Assembly (NCBI GenBank): GCA_963932905.1
Contig: CAWVRN010000016.1
Span: 1-64,000 of the forward strand
Direction of reading: 5' to 3'
Source: an uncultured Bdellovibrio sp.
GTDB lineage: Bacteria > Bdellovibrionota > Bdellovibrionia > Bdellovibrionales > Bdellovibrionaceae
Length of the DNA stretch: 64,000 nucleotides
The notes beneath the pieces are model-generated. The model had not been told where the DNA came from, ran no database searches, and saw only the letters and a program-made list of their open reading frames with translations. Below are positions 59,405 to 64,000 of the stretch, piece by piece. A program made the translations under genes and the position numbers. The number at the start of each line of letters is the position of its first letter. Within the stretch, counting starts at the first letter, position 1.

Positions 59405-59659
59405 TTAGATTAGAGAGAGTTCAAGTAGGCGATCCAGTTCGACCTTCTTAAAGAAGAGTCTTCGACCCCATTTGCGAGCTTTCAAAAGTCCTCGCCAAAC
59501 GGCAGTACGAATTGCTCCATCAGAGGGTTGTCCATCCTTGCGAATTTTTCGCAAGTACACAGCAGCGTCTTTCGTAGATAACCAAGTCAAATTGTCAAAG
59601 AACGGCTTATTTGATTCTTCGCTTTCCGGCTTAGAATCTTTCAAATTATTACTGTCCAT
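59405..59659 (-). CDS. Excisionase-like HTH protein
   Basis: WLSTKDAAVYL...G.LKARKWGRRLFFKKVELD; directly upstream of int. Confidence 0.8.
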   Translation of the reverse strand: MDSNNLKDSKPESEESNKPFFDNLTWLSTKDAAVYLRKIRKDGQPSDGAIRTAVWRGLLKARKWGRRLFFKKVELDRLLELSLI

Positions 59660-59742
59660 AAACTACTTTCTCCTTTGAGAAATATCAAGAAAATTCATTA
59701 AAAATAGAGCGTGCTTTCAAAGAGAAAAATGCGTCATTTCCC

Positions 59743-60102
59743 CTATGAAACTGCTGCATTTCCTTGAGCCAATTTGTTGCTTTCTGATTTCAACAGATGC
59801 GCCAAATAAGCGTCCATTGTGATCTGTCCGAACTTCGAACAATGCGCACGATAGCTTTGCTCCATTCGATCACGTCCCGTAAGACTGGCCTCCTGTAGTT
59901 CGGTCAGGTCCTGCGCCGTGAGCTTCGGAAGAAGCTTCAGCAAAAGCGCGTCGAGTTTGACGCGTTTGCCGAATTGCTTCTTGTTGATTTTGGCGAGTTC
60001 TGAAAGCAGGCGCTTTCGTGTTTCAAGCGAAACGCGAATCGCCGCTGAATTTGATTTTTTGGTAGCGGGCTTTGCTGCTTTTTTTGCTTCTGAAGTTTCC
60101 AT
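59743..60102 (-). CDS. Hypothetical DNA-binding protein (RHH-like N-terminus)
   Basis: AAIRVSLETRKRL; basic. Confidence 0.55.
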   Translation of the reverse strand: METSEAKKAAKPATKKSNSAAIRVSLETRKRLLSELAKINKKQFGKRVKLDALLLKLLPKLTAQDLTELQEASLTGRDRMEQSYRAHCSKFGQITMDAYLAHLLKSESNKLAQGNAAVS

Positions 60103-60195
60103 AAGGCTTCCCCTTTGTGAAACCTCGTCCGCCTGAGTGTGGTGGGAAGAGGATTAAATTTAGATACAGACCGCGCTTAGGCGTAGGTCATTTTC

Positions 60196-62043
60196 TTACA
60201 TACCGATGTCAGGGCCTCGGCCTCGATCATGGCTCAGATCACTCATGGAGAGTTCTTTCACCAGAATATCGAATGGGTTAAAACGCTCCTTCATTTTGTC
60301 GGCAAAACTCCGTTCTTGTTTTAACTCTTTATGACTTTGAGTTGGCATGACATGCACTTCTTGAATGTGCGGATTCAAAGCCAGAACCTCCGTCAGTTTT
60401 CTTTCCGAACCTTCATCAAACATTACAAAAATATTTGAGCTTTTTGAGTGAGACGCTTTGCCACTGCCACTCAAAATTAGAAACTCAAAAGGATCAGAGT
60501 GAAAGCTCATTTTCTTTGAGCTGGTGAGACTCTCGAAAAATGAAGCTGATGGCTTCCCATGACGTTTTTGTTTCCATTCGCCGCTTGGCTCTTGTTTGAA
60601 CTCAATCGCGGATTCGTTCTTTTCCCCCATAAGCCAAACACTTCGATTCTCGCCGACATGTACGTTCTTGTTCTTAAGAACTGACGCCGCGTGGGATTCA
60701 CTGAAGCCACGAGAACGCAAAAGACTTTGCATTGTTTTTTGCGCAACTTCAGGCAAAGCAGATTTTGGTTTTGGGAAATAAAATGACTGAACCCCTTTCT
60801 GATACGATCCCATGTAATTTTCTAACAGCAGCAGCTTTTGGTTCTTATTGATGATCGCAAGTGCGCCAAGTTCATTTGTTTCTTTATGCGCTTTTACGAA
60901 ATCAATAATTGTTCCCTGACGCCCACTTTTGCTATTAGTCCAAGATTTGTCCTCGACGATAACAAACTCCAAACCGCGCAAAACCGTTTGCCCCTTGGCA
61001 TTGGTTTTAAGTTGAATTTTGTTCGCTTCGCAGTAGCCAAAAATGCTCTGCTCATTGGCCCGTTTCATTTCATGGTAAAGAACCCCGCCGCTACTATCAA
61101 AAATTGCAGGCAACACATCCCGAGCACTGTTGCGATCAATTTTTGTGAACTTGCTGTAATCCTTTTTTCCGAGTCCTGAATAGCTTGCTGATTCAGGTAG
61201 TAGATGGCTTTGAGTTCCCACAAAATTTCCTTTTCCGTCAAAGGCTGCTCCAAGATCGGAAAGGGTTCGCTCTCTAAGTCCTGGACTCTTTGCATATCTG
61301 TCATCATTCTCCTTAAACGCTTTCATCAAGCCGTCTTTATCAAATTTATCTCCAAGGCGTTTCCCACGAACTGCTTTTGCGTCGCTACCATAGAGGTAGC
61401 TGATGTTCTTTTCCTCAACCCGAACATGCACACCACGGAATTTCAAAATTCCCACGTACTCGTCAAAACTTGTGCTCGCGGCTCTTGCAAAATCTGCTTT
61501 TTGCCGCATATCAAAGAACCAAGTCTTTTTCCCATGTGCTGCCATATCCTGAGCTTTGTAGGGAACAAGAGACTTCTCTTTTTTGTCTCGTTTCTCGATG
61601 ACGCTGAAACCATTCTCTCGAGCAATTGCATTGTTTGCCTCGTGAAGCTTGGTCAATTCTGACCTCTTATTTACGAGCAACATTTTGGTGTCACGGTTCA
61701 CGGACGAAATCACAATATGGTTATGGATATGATTTTTCTCCGTGTGAGTTACAACCCAAGCAGAGTGACCAGGAGCGATTCGCTTCGCAAGCTCCAATCC
61801 CATCTCGTTGTACTTTTCCGGCGGAAAGAGATCGCTCTCTTTCGCGGGCCAAGATTGGATAATAGTGAGTGCTAAGTTCTTCGCTTCTTTTTTTCGTCCC
61901 TCGTGTTCATCTCGAATTTGCTTTGCCATGTTTTCCGCAAGGCCATTCGAAGCACTTCGTACCGACTCAGAGTCACGATCCTTGTCCAAATACTTTTCAA
62001 GCGCTTCGGGAGCTTTCACCCAGCTTTGTTTAACGATTGGCAT
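60196..62043 (-). CDS. MOBP-like relaxase with C-terminal primase-like region
   Basis: LEKYL, IIQSW, HTEKNHIHNHIV (HUH), VRGKRLG; GTIIDFV. Confidence 0.88.
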   Translation of the reverse strand: MPIVKQSWVKAPEALEKYLDKDRDSESVRSASNGLAENMAKQIRDEHEGRKKEAKNLALTIIQSWPAKESDLFPPEKYNEMGLELAKRIAPGHSAWVVTHTEKNHIHNHIVISSVNRDTKMLLVNKRSELTKLHEANNAIARENGFSVIEKRDKKEKSLVPYKAQDMAAHGKKTWFFDMRQKADFARAASTSFDEYVGILKFRGVHVRVEEKNISYLYGSDAKAVRGKRLGDKFDKDGLMKAFKENDDRYAKSPGLRERTLSDLGAAFDGKGNFVGTQSHLLPESASYSGLGKKDYSKFTKIDRNSARDVLPAIFDSSGGVLYHEMKRANEQSIFGYCEANKIQLKTNAKGQTVLRGLEFVIVEDKSWTNSKSGRQGTIIDFVKAHKETNELGALAIINKNQKLLLLENYMGSYQKGVQSFYFPKPKSALPEVAQKTMQSLLRSRGFSESHAASVLKNKNVHVGENRSVWLMGEKNESAIEFKQEPSGEWKQKRHGKPSASFFESLTSSKKMSFHSDPFEFLILSGSGKASHSKSSNIFVMFDEGSERKLTEVLALNPHIQEVHVMPTQSHKELKQERSFADKMKERFNPFDILVKELSMSDLSHDRGRGPDIGM

Positions 62044-62383
62044 AGTTCACAGTGAGCATTTGACTCAATTTCATATAGTTAACATTGATCGCCGAAAGTG
62101 CCTGACTCCATCCGGTCATGAGGCCGGTGTTAATTTTTTTTGCGATCTGATTAATGTTATTACCCTGACGCTTGAGTTCAGTTTCAAAACTCTTTGCTTG
62201 CTCAGGCGTGAGGAGTGGGCGCTCAAGGTCCATTCGACAAAAGAGCGCACGTCGAAAAAGTTCTGGGCCAGACATTCCGGTCGCTGCGATCATTTTCTTA
62301 ATTCGACTTTGCTCGTTAGCATCAACTCGGACGCAGAATGCGGTTCCTACTTCTGATTCGATTTCTAAATTTAGTTGTTCCAT
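62030..62383 (-). CDS. mobC: Relaxosome accessory protein MobC
   Basis: ELKRQGNNINQIAKKIN; overlaps relaxase start. Confidence 0.9.
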   Translation of the reverse strand: MEQLNLEIESEVGTAFCVRVDANEQSRIKKMIAATGMSGPELFRRALFCRMDLERPLLTPEQAKSFETELKRQGNNINQIAKKINTGLMTGWSQALSAINVNYMKLSQMLTVNYANR

Positions 62384-62489
62384 TTTTACCCCTATGAGTT
62401 AGCTGATAAAAGTCCTCGGGGTGTCGTGGGACTTTTTATTTTTGACACATGCCTCGGCATTTATGCCGATAGGACTAATTTAAAGACGC

Positions 62490-62672
62490 TCATGGCTTGA
62501 AAGCTGCGATGATGGCTTTGAAAATTGTTGTGAGCCATCCTTTTACTTCTTCGTGATCGACTTCCGTTTCTGCTGCTGCTTTTGCAGCCTCCTTGACTGT
62601 CGCACTCAGTTCGCCAACTGCTTGCACAACCTGCTCACCTGGATCAATCGTTAGCTCTTTCATCTTTCCCAT
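62490..62672 (-). CDS. Small hypothetical protein
   Basis: AGGAGG RBS; amphipathic C-terminal helix. Confidence 0.6.
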   Translation of the reverse strand: MGKMKELTIDPGEQVVQAVGELSATVKEAAKAAAETEVDHEEVKGWLTTIFKAIIAAFKP

Positions 62673-63009
62673 TTTTTGCCTCCTGTTTGGTTGGGTTCAT
62701 TATTTTGGTCGTTACAACTTTATTTGCGTTCAAGATCTCATCGAGACTCATCAAGAGATGTGCCTCTGCTTTCTTTAAAAGTTCGTTTTGTTCAATGACT
62801 TGTCGCAAACTTTCTTCTGAACGCTCCACTTTTATTTTTTCGATGAGTTCATTTTCTTTCGCTAAAACCGCATGGATTGAACTATCCCTGTGAGGAGAGC
62901 TTGCGCATCCGGTAAGAAAAATTTGAAGAGTAAGAGCAAGCATTAGGATTATGAGCGGGAGTTGGATTAATAATTTGCGTGTGCTGTTACTAAATTTTGG
63001 TTTGTTCAT
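62644..63009 (-). CDS. Coiled-coil lipoprotein
   Basis: ATG 63009 with AAGGA; LTGC lipobox. Confidence 0.7.
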   Translation of the reverse strand: MNKPKFSNSTRKLLIQLPLIILMLALTLQIFLTGCASSPHRDSSIHAVLAKENELIEKIKVERSEESLRQVIEQNELLKKAEAHLLMSLDEILNANKVVTTKIMNPTKQEAKNGKDERAND

Positions 63010-63065
63010 GTTTTTTCCTTTGTTTGTTTCATTTTTTAGTTTGGATCTTTTGAGTATTTTGGTTC

Positions 63066-63154
63066 GTGGCAAGATAGGGGTGTGATATCTCCCTCCCCAA
63101 AAATGTGGTTGCTTTGCCCCCACACCCCCAAGGCCGAGACTGTTGGTCTCGGCC
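63066..63154 (-). promoter_or_regulatory. Putative oriT
   Basis: Minus strand ACACCCCTATCTTGCCAC resembles RP4 nic CACCTATCCTG/CCC; nearby GGCCGAGAC-N5-GTCTCGGCC inverted repeat. Confidence 0.65.
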
Positions 63155-63173
63155 ATAAATGCAAGACAGGAAC

Positions 63174-64000
63174 TCATAGCGCCGCCTTCGCCGCCGTCAT
63201 AAGCGGACCAGAAGTCGTCTCTAAGAACTCAGGCTTTCCTTCGGATTCGCTTTCACCAAGCATCGGTTTTAGGAACATAAACACCGAACCTGTTGTCATC
63301 GTGGCCACCAGAAGCTGAACCCATGAATAGATCGAAAACATATAGTAAAGCCTGTGGTTCACGAGACTGGCCGAGTACATGGATACCCCATCAGTCATTT
63401 GCCCAAAGGCTTGCATGACCTCAGACGACATCGAGATGCCAAGCATGATGTGATAGAGAAGCGTCCATAGTGGCGTCCACAAAAGAACCGAGAAGTAGAT
63501 CCAAAACCAAACCACCAGCACACGCCACTTGCCTGCGACCACAAAAAACATGAGCCACGGAAAGACCGCGATCAAAAGCATTCGGATAAATCCGGCGACG
63601 TGGGGCGCTCGCGCCAAATGCTCACTGAATTCCTGCGAACGACTTGCCGCCTCGGATGCACCTTGCTGATCTCGTAAACCCAGAGATCCTAGAATCCCAT
63701 CCCAACTAAAGAGGCGTCCAAGAACTTGGAAAGTTTGACCAGCGGCTCCTGGAGCCTCAGCACCCTTTTGAATGCCGAGACGACCCTCGTGTTGATCGGC
63801 ATAGAAGTTCGCAAGCGCCATCGAAGTCGCGTAGTTCTTGTAATAGCTTGGATCAAGCTTCCCGCCGTATGAGTAAACGAGTGCTTCTGAATACGGAATG
63901 GTCTTGGAAAAATCCTTCATCTGACCGACGCCGTATTCATTCAACTTCTGAACCGTTGAGTCCTTTACTTCTAGGCAATTCGTTGTTTTTCCTTGGCCCA
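63174..64000 (-). CDS. TraG_N/VirB6-like polytopic membrane protein, 5' end probably beyond window
   Basis: TM segments, IAVFPW, LLWTPLW; ICE context. Confidence 0.6.
   Translation of the reverse strand, partial: GQGKTTNCLEVKDSTVQKLNEYGVGQMKDFSKTIPYSEALVYSYGGKLDPSYYKNYATSMALANFYADQHEGRLGIQKGAEAPGAAGQTFQVLGRLFSWDGILGSLGLRDQQGASEAASRSQEFSEHLARAPHVAGFIRMLLIAVFPWLMFFVVAGKWRVLVVWFWIYFSVLLWTPLWTLLYHIMLGISMSSEVMQAFGQMTDGVSMYSASLVNHRLYYMFSIYSWVQLLVATMTTGSVFMFLKPMLGESESEGKPEFLETTSGPLMTAAKAAL

Larger units (their letters stand above)
58071..64000 (-). mobile_element. Integrative conjugative/mobilizable element, left part (continues past window)
   Basis: int, xis, relaxase, mobC, oriT and TraG-like gene co-oriented; apparently higher GC. 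Confidence 0.85.

Noticed and set aside
63010..63177. N-terminal extension of the ICE lipoprotein
   Set aside because: Spans the putative oriT; RBS and signal peptide support start at 63009
1..64000. CRISPR array, cas genes, rRNA
   Set aside because: No regularly spaced repeats, cas motifs or rRNA-like sequence seen

Overview
A 64-kb chromosomal window of moderately low GC, most likely from a Bdellovibrionota (predatory) bacterium. That assignment is inferred from FQNC-type lipoboxes, a TIGR02147/DUF4423-like regulator, a Bdellovibrio-style pilin and many secreted hypothetical proteins. Core genes include ribD, hmgA, hppD, a Pif1-like helicase, a cN-II-like nucleotidase, lexA, ung, pqiAB, M14/M28 peptidases, and Rrf2, Irr/Fur, TetR and MerR regulators, several with visible operators. 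Mobile DNA includes a broken ISL3 element enclosing a TPR gene (16969-20069) and a 258-bp inverted-repeat element (4465-4722). From about 53.6 kb there is an integration hotspot with two ~370-bp att-like repeats and tRNA-3'-end-like cores, followed by the left part of an ICE/IME (tyrosine integrase, Xis, MOBP-like relaxase, MobC, oriT, TraG-like). Top candidates for new biology: (1) five unrelated proteins, four with normally cytoplasmic enzyme-like domains, share a signal peptide followed by C-x-x-[FW]-Y, a possible export/effector tag; (2) integrase-less att-flanked mini-cassettes beside the ICE, one carrying such a protein; (3) an Irr-like-regulated MauG/MbnH-like peroxidase, Tat phosphoesterase and cytochrome c operon; (4) an unannotated 36-aa membrane peptide whose promoter shares a motif with the lexA promoter. 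All family calls are by eye from motifs; no searches were run. No rRNA, complete tRNA or CRISPR array was seen.
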